NCBI GenBank assembly: GCA_964593065.1
Contig: CAZQGO010000001.1
Coordinates: 350,082-414,081, forward strand
Source: an uncultured bacterium
GTDB lineage: Bacteria > Oederibacteriota > JAAXVQ01
Reading direction: 5' to 3'
DNA: 64,000 nt
This document shows, one piece after another, positions 47,157 through 56,930 of the stretch (the first letter of the stretch is position 1; every line of letters starts with the position of its first letter). The notes beneath the pieces are model-generated. The model was given only the letters and a program-made list of their open reading frames with translations, was not told where the DNA came from and ran no database searches. A program made the position numbers and the translations under genes.

Positions 47157-47522
47157 ATGGCAAAAGAATGGATGGAATTGGCAAAGTTTGTCCAGGGTGA
47201 GCAGATGGTCGTTCAAAAGGTCATGCTTCCCGGCCGGGGCCTTTCCATTGAAGGAGAGTTTGAACTTCCCCCCGTGGCGCGGCTTTCCTTCGAGGACCAG
47301 GTTTTCGTGGCCACTTTTATCAGGACCCACGGCAACATCAGGCACATGGAGCAGATCTACGGAGTGAGCTACCCGACCATCAAAGCCCGCTTGAACCGCC
47401 TGTCGGAGGCCTTTGACTTCGTGCAGGTGGAAAAAATACCGGACGCCATGGACGTGCTCAACCGCCTGGATGGCGGCGAAATCGACGTGGCGGAAGCCCT
47501 GCGCAGGCTGGAGGAGAGATGA
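47157..47522 (+). CDS. DUF2089-family small HTH protein
   Basis: The conserved DUF2089 core is FVATFIRTHGNIRHMEQIYGVSYPTIKARLNRL. Confidence 0.7.
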   Translation: MAKEWMELAKFVQGEQMVVQKVMLPGRGLSIEGEFELPPVARLSFEDQVFVATFIRTHGNIRHMEQIYGVSYPTIKARLNRLSEAFDFVQVEKIPDAMDVLNRLDGGEIDVAEALRRLEER

Positions 47523-47797
47523 TCCCGCCGTATTGGCTGTGGGTGAGAATTGCGCCGGCGGCCCGGTCGGGTTTCCGCCTGTGGTTTCCCCTGTTTCTGC
47601 TGTGGCCCATCTGGCTGCTGCTGGGGCTGCTGTATTTCGCGGTTCTCATTCTCCTGGTCTGGCTGTGGCCCGTAAGCCGTCGCGCGCGGGCCTGGTTGCT
47701 CATGCCCCCGCGCGCCTACGCCGTGCTGTGCGCCCTGCGCGGCTTGTCCGTGGATGTGTCCTCACCGAAAGACGCCGTGCGCGTTTTCATTCTATGA
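47519..47797 (+). CDS. small membrane protein (2 TM)
   Basis: WFPLFLLWPIWLLLGLLYFAVLILLVWLW. The ATG overlaps the DUF2089 stop (ATGA). Confidence 0.5.
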   Translation: MIPPYWLWVRIAPAARSGFRLWFPLFLLWPIWLLLGLLYFAVLILLVWLWPVSRRARAWLLMPPRAYAVLCALRGLSVDVSSPKDAVRVFIL

Positions 47798-47818
47798 ATC
47801 CCAAGGAGGGAAAGACCA

Positions 47819-48243
47819 TGTCCGAGGAGCGCTTGAAAATTCTGGAACTGCTGTCGAAGGGAAAAATCAGCGTGGAGGAGGCGGAGAAGCTGCTCGCCGC
47901 CCTGGGCGAACAAGCCGGGGAAGCCGGGCCGCGCCCGGCCACGGGCGGCGCCAAGCCGCGCTATCTGGTGGTCAACGTGTATTCGGAGAAGGGCGGGCCG
48001 GACCAGCCGGAAAAAGTCAATGTGCGCGTGCCCCTGCAGGTCATCCGCGCCGGCGTGAAGCTGGCGTCCCTGATGCCGGCCGTGGCCAAAGACAAGGTCA
48101 ACGAGGCTTTAAGCGAGAAGGGCATCCAGCTCGACCTGGATAAAATCCGGCCCGAGGACATCGAGGAGCTGGTTTCCGCCCTGGGCGACATGACCGTGGA
48201 TATCAACGACGGCAGGGAGAAGGTCCGCGTGTACTGCGAGTAG
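47819..48243 (+). CDS. SHOCT-like / LiaG(YvlB)-N-terminal-like domain protein
   Basis: The N-terminal LKILELLSKGKISVEEAEKLLAAL resembles the SHOCT-like helix pair found on LiaG/YvlB-type proteins. RBS GGAGGGAAAG. Confidence 0.5.
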
Positions 48244-48253
48244 CGGGCGCGGC

Positions 48254-48672
48254 CTACAGCTCGCCCGCCACTTCGCGGTTCAGCCTGCGGAAAAACTCCT
48301 CCATGAAGGCCTGCCGCTCCGCGGCCAGGCGCCTGCCTTCCGGGGTCAGCATCCGGTCCCGGATCCGGCACAACTTGACCCGGTACTCGCGGTAGGCCGT
48401 GTCCTCTTCGGTGTAGGGCCGGGTCCGTTCCGGGTCCGCCTCCGGGTTGTGCAATTTGGCTCCCACTTCGCCGGCGAACAGATAGGCCCGGCCGATGCCG
48501 ATGGCTCCGATGGAGTCGAGCTTGTCCGCGTCGAACAGCACCCGGGCTTCAAGGGTCTTCGGTTCGTGGCGGCCGCGGAAGCGATGCGCGCGGATGCAAT
48601 GGGCGACGGCTTCGGTTTTTCCGGCGGGGAATTGATGCCGGGTTAGAATCTGCCGCGCCGGCTCCACTCCCC
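48254..48672 (-). pseudogene. truncated 3' fragment (C-terminal ~140 codons) of an HD-domain phosphohydrolase gene; duplicate of 54900..55320
   Basis: 390 bp (48254-48643) are identical to 54900-55289, which is a +6646 offset. A few mismatches follow up to about 48678. The fragment encodes ...ARQILTRHQFPAGKTEAVAHCIRAHRF...NREVAGEL. No N-terminal HD motif or start codon is present. Confidence 0.7.
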
Positions 48673-48854
48673 GTTCGTTTAAACTGCGAGATGATACTCC
48701 GGAAACGCCTGTGCCCAAATTGAAAAAGGCCGTCCCTGGGCGGGGAATAATACTGGGCAGCCAGTGCCGCGGTCTGTATACTGGTGCGGGTTGCCAGGAA
48801 CCGGAACGAAGGAGGACTGGCAGTACCCCGAGCAAATCCTGAAGGAGGGAAATT

Positions 48855-49055
48855 ATGCACTGGCGCTGGTACGTGGGTCTGGGGGCCCTGGTCCTGAGCC
48901 TCATCCTGATTGTCCAAAATTTTGCGGTTGTTGGGATCCGGTTTCTTTTCTGGTCCTTCGACGCGAGTCTGATCGTGGTTCTGCTGCTGGTCTTTTGCGC
49001 CGGTGCGCTCACCGGCTGGGGCCTCACCAAGCTTCTGGAACGGCGCGGCCGCTAA
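48855..49055 (+). CDS. LapA/YciS-like (DUF1049) small inner-membrane protein
   Basis: 66 aa. Two TM helices. A basic C-terminus LLERRGR. A strong RBS GGAGGG sits 7 nt upstream. Confidence 0.55.
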   Translation: MHWRWYVGLGALVLSLILIVQNFAVVGIRFLFWSFDASLIVVLLLVFCAGALTGWGLTKLLERRGR

Positions 49056-49078
49056 GGCGATAGGGTCGCTAACGGAGA

Positions 49079-52000
49079 ATGAACACGACCCCAACACCTC
49101 GTCGACCGCGCCGGGGGAAACATTCTGCTTCCGGAGCCGGACGGGGGCGTCCGGGGCCCCAAAGGGCCGCCATGCACGACCGGCCGAAGCCCGGCCTGCG
49201 GTCAGGGACGAGCGGCTGGTTGCTGCTGGCCGTGCTGCTGATATTTGCCGGGTGGGGACAGGACAGACTCTTTCACATGGGGCTGCGAAAGGCTTTGGCG
49301 TTGGGCGGTCAAGCGCTCGGCGGACGGCTCCAAGCTGAGCAGGTGAGCGGCAACCTGCTCGGGCAAGTCCGACTGCAAGGTCTTCGGCTGGAAGATTTGG
49401 ACCTGGACGGTCTGCGGGCCAACGGTCGGATCGCGCATCTGAAGCTTGACTTTCATCCCCTGCGCCTGTTGGGTGGGCGGCGGGCGTTCCTGGGCTCCAG
49501 CCGGATCTTTGTCGATAGGCCGGATCTTCAATTCCGAACGGTTCCAGGAACCGGACCCGCTCCCTCGCCCGCCCCCCCGCCTTCGTTTATCTTGGACATA
49601 CTCGCGCTGCAACTGGGAATACGGGATGCCAAAGTCCTTTGGCATCCCGCAGCGGGGGAGCTCATGATCCGCTTCCAGGCCCAAAGTGACGGCCGGCGCC
49701 TACGCGTGACCGACCTGAAGGCGCTCGCCTTTCAGGGAAGGGTCCGGGTCGCCCAGGCCGAACTGCCCGTGCGTGCCTGGTTTACGCCGGGAGAGGACCC
49801 CTGGCAGCAGGTTTCCGTGCGCGGCGATCTGGCTCTCCCGGATGCGGTCTCCTGGCTTGTCCTCGTGGGACTATTGCCGGCAACGGACAGACTGCCGCTT
49901 CAGGCGCCCATGTCCCTGTCCGCGCAGTGGCGCCTGGAAAGACTGGCGTTATGGGTGGACCGACTCGTCCTGGAGGCCGCAGGCGGGACCGTGACCGCTT
50001 CCGGATTGATCTGGCCGCACGTTGATCTTTCTCGTCTCACCCAGTGGCGGCCCGCGCAGGGCCATCTGCAGGCCGATATTCGGGATCTTTCTTCCATGGG
50101 AGCGGCGGTCGGCAACACGGACTGGCAGGGGCGGGTGAGTCTGCAAGCGGACTTTGCGTCCGGGTCCACAGAGCAGGAAGGAGCGGTCACCTTGACGGCG
50201 CGCGACCTGGTCTGGAAGCGAAAGTCCATAGGGGACCTGCTTCTGAGCGGCCGCGTCGGTGCACACGGCGTTATTCTGGAACGCCTGGACCTCAGACACC
50301 CCAAGCACACGGTCCAAGGGCAAGGCGGCTTTGATTGGGCGGCCGGCACCTTGCAGGACGTCCGGCTCACGGGCGAGCTGCGGGCCGGAAGCCCCCTGCT
50401 GGACGTGCTGCTGCCAGGCGCGGATCTACAAGGCCGGGCCGTATTAAATATGGAGGCCCGGGGTCCCTGGCGCCTGCCGGAGGGCCGCTTACACCTCGAG
50501 GTGCCGCACCTGACCTATGGTGCTTTCGGTCCGGGAGATCTTATGTTGCAGGCTGAAGGCTTGCCCGGTCGCGTACGGCTGGAGAACCTCTCGTTCACGG
50601 GTCCCGGACCCGAATTGCGTCTCTCCGGGGTTCTCAGCCATGATGACGGAGACGGCGCCTATCGAATGGACATCAAGACCGCGGCCTGGTCCCACGCTGG
50701 AGGGAACCTGTCCCTGATAAGCCCGGCCCGTGCCACCTGGCAGCCGTCTGGAAAGTGGTCATTGACCCCGCTGGAACTTGCCGGCACGGGAGGCCGTATC
50801 GCGCTCACGGCCCGGGCCGAGGCTCCGGGACAAGGCTCGTTCGACCTGGAGGCCAGGGACCTGTCCAGCGGTTCGTGGTTTGCGTCCTTGACCGGGAAGA
50901 GGCTGCACTTTTCGGGCTTGAACGTCAGGGCCGCCGCGGCCTATTCGCCCGGCGTCACGACCGGCACCCTGCAGGGAAAGATCGCCGAACTTTCCGGGCC
51001 GGCCGCGCCTTTTGCGGGTAGCCTGGTGTTCGATATCTCCCAGGAACCGAACCGCCTGAGTTTGAGGTCGCTGACCTTCACGGCCAAAAACGCCCAACCC
51101 AGCTTGGTCCTTTCGGGATTTGTCTCTGCGAACCTGTTCTCCGCCTCATTTCCGACGGACGCGGACTGGGACCTGCAAGGCCATGTGAATTTGCCGGACC
51201 TGCATTTCCTGTCCGCCTGGATGGAACCGGGTTGGACCCTGACTGGAACCGCTCGAGCTGATTTTCACCTGACAGGTACGCCGGGCGTGCCCAAAGGCCG
51301 CGTGACGGTGGCCGCTTTTAATCTCGAGCTCCCGTCCCAGTTCCCCCTGCATCTTCCCGGACCGATCACGATCACCGCTCAAGCGCGGGCCGAGGGTGCG
51401 CGCCTAACCCTGGAAAGCTTTTCCCTGACATCGCCGGCCTTGCAGGCCGATGCCCAGGGCTTTTGGCATCAGCCCGCCTGGTGGCATCGCTGGCTGGCTC
51501 TGCGGGGCAGAGCGGCCGATGCCGTGGACGTAACACTGGCTTTTGCCTCATCGGACATCGGCTGGGTCGGCCGTAGCGTGGCCCGCCGGATGCACATTGG
51601 GGGACGTCTGGAGGGGAAACTTCGGGTCCGGGGTCCCATGAGGAATCCAGTCGTCCAAGGCGAAGCCCGCCTGGAGGATGGGCGCCTGCGCTGGGAGAAC
51701 CCGGCTGCGCCTGCCCTCGAAGATCTGAAGCTGAAGGTGATCGCCGATCAGCACAAGCTGACGCTGGCCGAACTGACCGCGACCCTGGGCGGCGCCCGCC
51801 TGACCGGCAGCGGTCAGGCGGACTTAAGCGGAGAATCGCCTTACCTGCGGGTGAAATTGGGTGGCGACAACCTCCTGTTGTGGCGAAGCGAGTATCTGCG
51901 CGTGCGTGCCGAGGTCCTCCTGCAGCTGGCCGGGGTGTGGGACCGGCTGGCTCTGACCGGGAAGGTCAGGATCACGGAGGGCAGATACACGCAACCAATC

Positions 52001-52765
52001 GACTGGCTCGCGCCCCTGCGCGGGAGCGCTCCGGCCCGAACGGGAGATTGGCTGGGTGCCCTGGCCCTCAAGGAACCTCCCGGGTCTGGTCTGCGGTACC
52101 ATGTCGCGATCACGGCCGGGCCGCCTTTCGTGATCCGCAACAACATGGCCAAGGCGGCCGTGCGACCCGAGCTCACCCTGACCGGAACCGGCGAGCTTCC
52201 CGCCCTGGATGGAGAGGTTTACATCGACGATTCGCAGGTCAATCTTCCTTTCGGACGCATGAACATCTCCTCGGGGGTGGTTTCCTTCGATGCCCAGCGG
52301 CCCGGACAGGCGCACATCAATCTGAATGCCAGCGGACAGGTTCGGGGCTATCAGATCGGCGCCCAGGTGCAAGGTCCGCTGCTGGATCCGAGCGTATTCC
52401 TTTCCAGCGTGCCGCCTTTGCCCAAGGACGCCCTGCTGGTGTTGGTCCTGACCGGGTCCCTGCCCAAGGACCTGGCGCAGGGGGAAAAGCGTTTCCAAGC
52501 CCAGCTCAACCTGGCAATCTTTCTCGGCCAGGACCTTATCGACCGGTTGACCGCGCGTACCACCGGCGGGGTGGCGGACGTCGTGGACCGCTTTCAGGTG
52601 GACGTGGGCCGGGACCTGACCCAAAGCGGCCAGGAGACCATTTCGGCGCAGTTCCAAATGAGCGAAGGCTGGCCGACCCGCGGGGATATCCTGTATTTAA
52701 CGTCGGAACGCGACATGTATGGAGACTACAATGCCGGCATCAAATTGGCCTTTCCTGTCCGCTAG
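49079..52765 (+). CDS. tamB: TamB/AsmA-like translocation and assembly module protein
   Basis: N-terminal signal anchor (WLLLAVLLIFAGW). About 1200 aa of beta-rich repeats. A C-terminal DUF490-like segment (DRFQVDVGRDLTQ...YLTSERDMYGDYNAGIKLAFPVR). The alternative start ATG at 49172 is closer to the TM segment. Confidence 0.7.
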   Translation: MNTTPTPRRPRRGKHSASGAGRGRPGPQRAAMHDRPKPGLRSGTSGWLLLAVLLIFAGWGQDRLFHMGLRKALALGGQALGGRLQAEQVSGNLLGQVRLQGLRLEDLDLDGLRANGRIAHLKLDFHPLRLLGGRRAFLGSSRIFVDRPDLQFRTVPGTGPAPSPAPPPSFILDILALQLGIRDAKVLWHPAAGELMIRFQAQSDGRRLRVTDLKALAFQGRVRVAQAELPVRAWFTPGEDPWQQVSVRGDLALPDAVSWLVLVGLLPATDRLPLQAPMSLSAQWRLERLALWVDRLVLEAAGGTVTASGLIWPHVDLSRLTQWRPAQGHLQADIRDLSSMGAAVGNTDWQGRVSLQADFASGSTEQEGAVTLTARDLVWKRKSIGDLLLSGRVGAHGVILERLDLRHPKHTVQGQGGFDWAAGTLQDVRLTGELRAGSPLLDVLLPGADLQGRAVLNMEARGPWRLPEGRLHLEVPHLTYGAFGPGDLMLQAEGLPGRVRLENLSFTGPGPELRLSGVLSHDDGDGAYRMDIKTAAWSHAGGNLSLISPARATWQPSGKWSLTPLELAGTGGRIALTARAEAPGQGSFDLEARDLSSGSWFASLTGKRLHFSGLNVRAAAAYSPGVTTGTLQGKIAELSGPAAPFAGSLVFDISQEPNRLSLRSLTFTAKNAQPSLVLSGFVSANLFSASFPTDADWDLQGHVNLPDLHFLSAWMEPGWTLTGTARADFHLTGTPGVPKGRVTVAAFNLELPSQFPLHLPGPITITAQARAEGARLTLESFSLTSPALQADAQGFWHQPAWWHRWLALRGRAADAVDVTLAFASSDIGWVGRSVARRMHIGGRLEGKLRVRGPMRNPVVQGEARLEDGRLRWENPAAPALEDLKLKVIADQHKLTLAELTATLGGARLTGSGQADLSGESPYLRVKLGGDNLLLWRSEYLRVRAEVLLQLAGVWDRLALTGKVRITEGRYTQPIDWLAPLRGSAPARTGDWLGALALKEPPGSGLRYHVAITAGPPFVIRNNMAKAAVRPELTLTGTGELPALDGEVYIDDSQVNLPFGRMNISSGVVSFDAQRPGQAHINLNASGQVRGYQIGAQVQGPLLDPSVFLSSVPPLPKDALLVLVLTGSLPKDLAQGEKRFQAQLNLAIFLGQDLIDRLTARTTGGVADVVDRFQVDVGRDLTQSGQETISAQFQMSEGWPTRGDILYLTSERDMYGDYNAGIKLAFPVR

Positions 52766-54821
52766 CCTGGCCGCCGCCAGGGTTTCGGCCGCGCTGCTGG
52801 TCGCCTTGGCGGTCGCACATCCGCTCCGCGCCGCGGCGCCGGATGCCGGGGCCGGAAGCCCGACCGCCCAGGCCGCACAGGACCGGGACGGTCCTCTCGT
52901 CCGCATCGTCGGCGCCCGGCAGGTGAGCCCGGGCCGCCTGCGGAGCGAGGCAGCCGAGGCGCTGGCGGTCCTCGAGCAGGACTCCCGGGCCGCTTGGGCC
53001 GTGGACGACGCCGCCTACCAGATGGAGGCGGTCTACCGGCGTCAGGGCTATGCCTTTGCGAACGTTGACTACCACCTGTCCGGGCCGGAGGCGGTCTTCG
53101 AGGTGGAGGAAGGTCCCAGGGTGTTCGTGGATGCGGTGCGGATCGCGGGCAATCAGCAGGTCCCGGAGCAGCAACTCCTGCGGTTCTTTCCCATGCGCCC
53201 GGGCGGTTTGTTCGGACTCTCCCCCTTCGTGGCGGCGGAGGTGGAATCGGCCGTGGCGAATGTGCGAGCGTTCTATCAAGCTCAGGGATTCCGTGACGCC
53301 CGGGTGGAGCGACCCGACTACACCTTCTCCCCGGAGCGCGAACGCGTAACCGTCGTGCTTCAGGTCCACGAAGGCGTTCAGTATGTGATCACCGAGGTTC
53401 AGTTCGAGAACGCCGGCCGGCTCGAGGCCGAGGCCCTGCGGGAAACGGCGCGAATGTGGCAGGGGCGCGTGTTCATCCGCACCCAGGTGCGTTCCCTGCG
53501 GGAGCACGTGGAGGAGATCTATGCCAATTTGGGCTATCCCAGCCCCAAGGCCAACGTCCGCGCGAATCCTGCCGCCGACGGAGCGACCGTCCTCAGCGTG
53601 CAGGTCGAGACCGGAACGCGTGTACGTCTCGAGGGCGTGCAGGTGCTGGGGACCCACCATACCCATACCGATTTCATCCGCGAGATGGTGACCCTGCGAC
53701 CGGGGGACTGGTATGCCGCGGACCAAGTCCGAAAGAGCTTCCACAATCTTTATGCCACGGGGCTTTTCAAGCGGATCCGGATCGACCTGGCGGGGAACAG
53801 TCTGGCGGCCCGGCGCGACTTGGTGGTCAGCGTGGAGGAGACCCTCGGCGGCGAGGTCTTCGTAGAGGCCGGCTATGGTTCCTACGAGCAGCTGCGTGGG
53901 CGCGTCGGGTGGCGGCAACGCAATCTCTGGGGCCGCGGGCGCGCGCTGCGGGTCGAAGCCGGGGCCTCGTTCAAAAGCTATAACCTGCTGATCGGCCTCT
54001 CCGATCCCCGGCTTCTGCACACCGCGGTGCAGGCGGACCTGCCCCTGTTCGTCCGTTTCCGGAGGGAACCGTCCTTTTGGCGGCGCGAAATCGGCGGCAA
54101 CTTGGTGACCTCCAGCGAGCTGGCCAAGGACCTCGGCCTGAACTTGGGCTACGAGCTCCGTGCCACCCGCTTGGGCGATGTGACGACGCAGACGGACACG
54201 TTCTATCGCGTGGCCGGGGCCCAAGGCCAGCTCCAGTACAATACTCGCGACGACCCGTTTTGGCCCACCCAGGGACAACTGGTGTTGCTGTCCGCCAATG
54301 TTTCGGACCCGCTGCTCGGGGCCGAGTTGGACCTGACGCGGATCACGTTCGCGGCCCGTTTCTTTCAGGAGGTCGGGGAGAACCTCATCCTGGCCCTGCG
54401 CTACGATACGGGCTTGGTCTGGCCCCAGCGGGGCGGAAGGGACGTACCGGTGGGCGAGCGCTTCTTCACCGGGGGTGCCAGCAGCGTCCGGGCCTATGGT
54501 GAATCCTCGGTCGGCCCGCGCGATGCGGCCGGACAGCCTTTGGGCGGTCTCGGGATGAACATCTTCAGTGCAGAGTTCCGCTACCGCTTCCTGGGCAATT
54601 TCGCCGTGGTCTTGTTTTCGGACTGGGGCAACGTGGCGCCGGGCACGAACGCCAGCCAGGCGCTGGCGGACTTCTTCGTCGGCGGCAAGAGCGCGGTCGG
54701 GCTGGGCCTGGCCTACCTGCTGCCGATCGGACCGGTGCGGGTGGACGCGGCTTTTGATCCACAGACCGCCGCGGGCGATACGTCCTACGCGGTGCATTTC
54801 AGCGTGGGAACGGCGTTCTGA
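52719..54821 (+). CDS. Omp85-family outer membrane protein (TamA/BamA-like) with POTRA domains
   Basis: Signal peptide. POTRA-like repeats. A C-terminal 16-strand barrel with alternating aromatic residues and the terminal motif AVHFSVGTAF. The start is possibly the internal ATG at 52731 (47-nt overlap with tamB). Confidence 0.85.
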   Translation: METTMPASNWPFLSASLAAARVSAALLVALAVAHPLRAAAPDAGAGSPTAQAAQDRDGPLVRIVGARQVSPGRLRSEAAEALAVLEQDSRAAWAVDDAAYQMEAVYRRQGYAFANVDYHLSGPEAVFEVEEGPRVFVDAVRIAGNQQVPEQQLLRFFPMRPGGLFGLSPFVAAEVESAVANVRAFYQAQGFRDARVERPDYTFSPERERVTVVLQVHEGVQYVITEVQFENAGRLEAEALRETARMWQGRVFIRTQVRSLREHVEEIYANLGYPSPKANVRANPAADGATVLSVQVETGTRVRLEGVQVLGTHHTHTDFIREMVTLRPGDWYAADQVRKSFHNLYATGLFKRIRIDLAGNSLAARRDLVVSVEETLGGEVFVEAGYGSYEQLRGRVGWRQRNLWGRGRALRVEAGASFKSYNLLIGLSDPRLLHTAVQADLPLFVRFRREPSFWRREIGGNLVTSSELAKDLGLNLGYELRATRLGDVTTQTDTFYRVAGAQGQLQYNTRDDPFWPTQGQLVLLSANVSDPLLGAELDLTRITFAARFFQEVGENLILALRYDTGLVWPQRGGRDVPVGERFFTGGASSVRAYGESSVGPRDAAGQPLGGLGMNIFSAEFRYRFLGNFAVVLFSDWGNVAPGTNASQALADFFVGGKSAVGLGLAYLLPIGPVRVDAAFDPQTAAGDTSYAVHFSVGTAF

Positions 54822-54899
54822 CCCGGGGGAAAACGATCCGTAAAAGTAGTGGCCGTCCTGTCCTTGCCGGGACGGGTCCGCATCGGAACCTCGGGCTGG

Positions 54900-55538
54900 C
54901 TAGAGCTCGCCCGCCACTTCGCGGTTCAGCCTGCGGAAAAACTCCTCCATGAAGGCCTGCCGCTCCGCGGCCAGGCGCCTGCCTTCCGGGGTCAGCATCC
55001 GGTCCCGGATCCGGCACAACTTGACCCGGTACTCGCGGTAGGCCGTGTCCTCTTCGGTGTAGGGCCGGGTCCGTTCCGGGTCCGCCTCCGGGTTGTGCAA
55101 TTTGGCTCCCACTTCGCCGGCGAACAGATAGGCCCGGCCGATGCCGATGGCTCCGATGGAGTCGAGCTTGTCCGCGTCGAACAGCACCCGGGCTTCAAGG
55201 GTCTTCGGTTCGTGGCGGCCGCGGAAGCGATGCGCGCGGATGCAATGGGCGACGGCTTCGGTTTTTCCGGCGGGGAATTGATGCCGGGCTAGAATCTGCC
55301 GCGCCAGCTCCGCGCCCCGTTCGGCGTGGTCGACGCCGCCCCCGGCGAGGTCCTCCTCGCCCCGCGCGATGTCGTGCAGCACCGCGGCATAGCGGACGAT
55401 TTCCAAGTCCGCGCCCTCGCGGGCCGCGAGGCGCGCGGCCAGGATCAGCACGCGCCGGGTATGCTCCCAGTCATGGGACCGGCGCGAGGCGGAAAATGCA
55501 TTCCGCGCTTCCTCTTGAACCGCTGCAAAAGTCTCCAT
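54900..55538 (-). CDS. HD-domain phosphohydrolase
   Basis: The HD motif is ...HTRRVLILAARLA...LHDIAR.... The C-terminal 140 aa is identical to the fragment at 48254..48672. Start chosen is the ATG at 55538, with a GGAGGAAGG RBS. Confidence 0.8.
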   Translation of the reverse strand: METFAAVQEEARNAFSASRRSHDWEHTRRVLILAARLAAREGADLEIVRYAAVLHDIARGEEDLAGGGVDHAERGAELARQILARHQFPAGKTEAVAHCIRAHRFRGRHEPKTLEARVLFDADKLDSIGAIGIGRAYLFAGEVGAKLHNPEADPERTRPYTEEDTAYREYRVKLCRIRDRMLTPEGRRLAAERQAFMEEFFRRLNREVAGEL

Positions 55539-55808
55539 CCTCAACCTTCCTCCCGCCGGTTTTCTGCGCACGCATTATATACATGAATGCGGCCGCCGGC
55601 AAAACTATTTGCCTGCGCCGCCCAACCCCCGTCGCCGCTGTTCCTCCCCCGGGTGGAAAAAAGTCAAAAAATGGTAGGCGCGGGAGATTTGCGGGCCCGG
55701 CCCAAGGCCCTAGAGTGATCGCAGTTCATTTTCGGATACCCGGAGCAAGAAGGACGGGGCGGTCCTGCCGGCCCATCCCGTCCAGCCATCCAGTCGGGGG
55801 TCATCCGC

Positions 55809-56813
55809 ATGAAAATCGTGATGTTCGAAATGGATCCCTGGGAAGAGTCCGCCTGGGACGCGCTGCGCCGGGAACATGAAACGGTGCAGGAACGAAAAAC
55901 TCTCTCGGCCGAAACGGCCGCCCAGTACCAGGACGCGGAGGCCGTGTCCGTTTTCCTCTATTCTCGCGTCACGGCCGAGGTGCTCGCGCTGCTGCCGCGC
56001 CTGCGCCTGATCGCTTCCCGCTCCATCACCACCGACCACATTGATCTGCCGGCCTGCCGCCAGCGGGGGATCACGGTCTGCCACGTTCCCGCCTACGGGG
56101 AGAACGCCGTGGCCGAGCATGTGTTCGCCCTCCTGCTGGGCATCAGCCACCGGCTGGTGGAGGCCGCGGACCGGACGCGCCGCGGCGATTTCAGCCTGCG
56201 CGGCCTGCAGGGCTTCGATCTGGCCGGCAAAACCCTCGGGGTGGTGGGCACCGGCGCCATCGGCGCGCGCGTGGCGCGCATCGGCCGCGGCTTCGGCATG
56301 GAGCTGCTGGCCCACGATCCCGAACCCGACGCCCAGCTGCAAAAAGAACTGGGACTGAAGTACGTGCCGTTTACCGAGCTGCTCGAACAGGCCGACGTCG
56401 TCAGCCTGCACGTGCCGGCACGCCGCAACACCGAGCATCTGCTGTCCAAGTCCGAGTTCAAGCGCCTGAAAACCGGCGCCGTGGTCATCAATACTTCGCG
56501 CGGCAAGGTGGTGGACAACCAGGCCCTGCTCCGGGCGCTCTCGGAGGGACAGGTGGCGGCCGCGGGCTTGGACGTGCTTCCGGAAGAACCCCTCCTCCAC
56601 GAGGAGGCGGAACTGCTGCATTCCTCTTTCCCGCCCCAGTACGACCTGGAAATCCTCCTCGTGGATCACGTGCTGCTGCGACTGCGCAACGTCATCATCA
56701 CGCCGCACAGCGCCTTTTACACCCGCGAGACCGTCCGGAAGATCTCGGAGGACACGGTGGAGGTCCTGCGGGCTTTCGCCCGGGGGAAACCCCTGCACGA
56801 AGTCACGGGGTGA
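55809..56813 (+). CDS. D-isomer-specific 2-hydroxyacid dehydrogenase (D-lactate/phosphoglycerate dehydrogenase family)
   Basis: NAD-binding GVVGTGAIGARVARI. Catalytic R/E/H spacing (TSRG...E...HSAF). Confidence 0.85.
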   Translation: MKIVMFEMDPWEESAWDALRREHETVQERKTLSAETAAQYQDAEAVSVFLYSRVTAEVLALLPRLRLIASRSITTDHIDLPACRQRGITVCHVPAYGENAVAEHVFALLLGISHRLVEAADRTRRGDFSLRGLQGFDLAGKTLGVVGTGAIGARVARIGRGFGMELLAHDPEPDAQLQKELGLKYVPFTELLEQADVVSLHVPARRNTEHLLSKSEFKRLKTGAVVINTSRGKVVDNQALLRALSEGQVAAAGLDVLPEEPLLHEEAELLHSSFPPQYDLEILLVDHVLLRLRNVIITPHSAFYTRETVRKISEDTVEVLRAFARGKPLHEVTG

Positions 56814-56930
56814 ACTCCCCGACGAGTGCGGCCCGGCGCGAAAGGATGCGGGTCGCCAAACGAGCCGTGGTACAATACGGGCTTTTCGGGGCGGGTCCCG
56901 TCCGGACGCTGCCCACAACGGAGGACGGCC

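Noticed and set aside
48254-55324. Genomic island or integrative element defined by the 420-bp direct repeats
   Set aside because: No integrase, recombinase, transposase, tRNA or att-like short core was found. The cargo is housekeeping-type (tamAB). It is kept as a finding (duplication, rearrangement or possible misassembly) but not called a mobile element.
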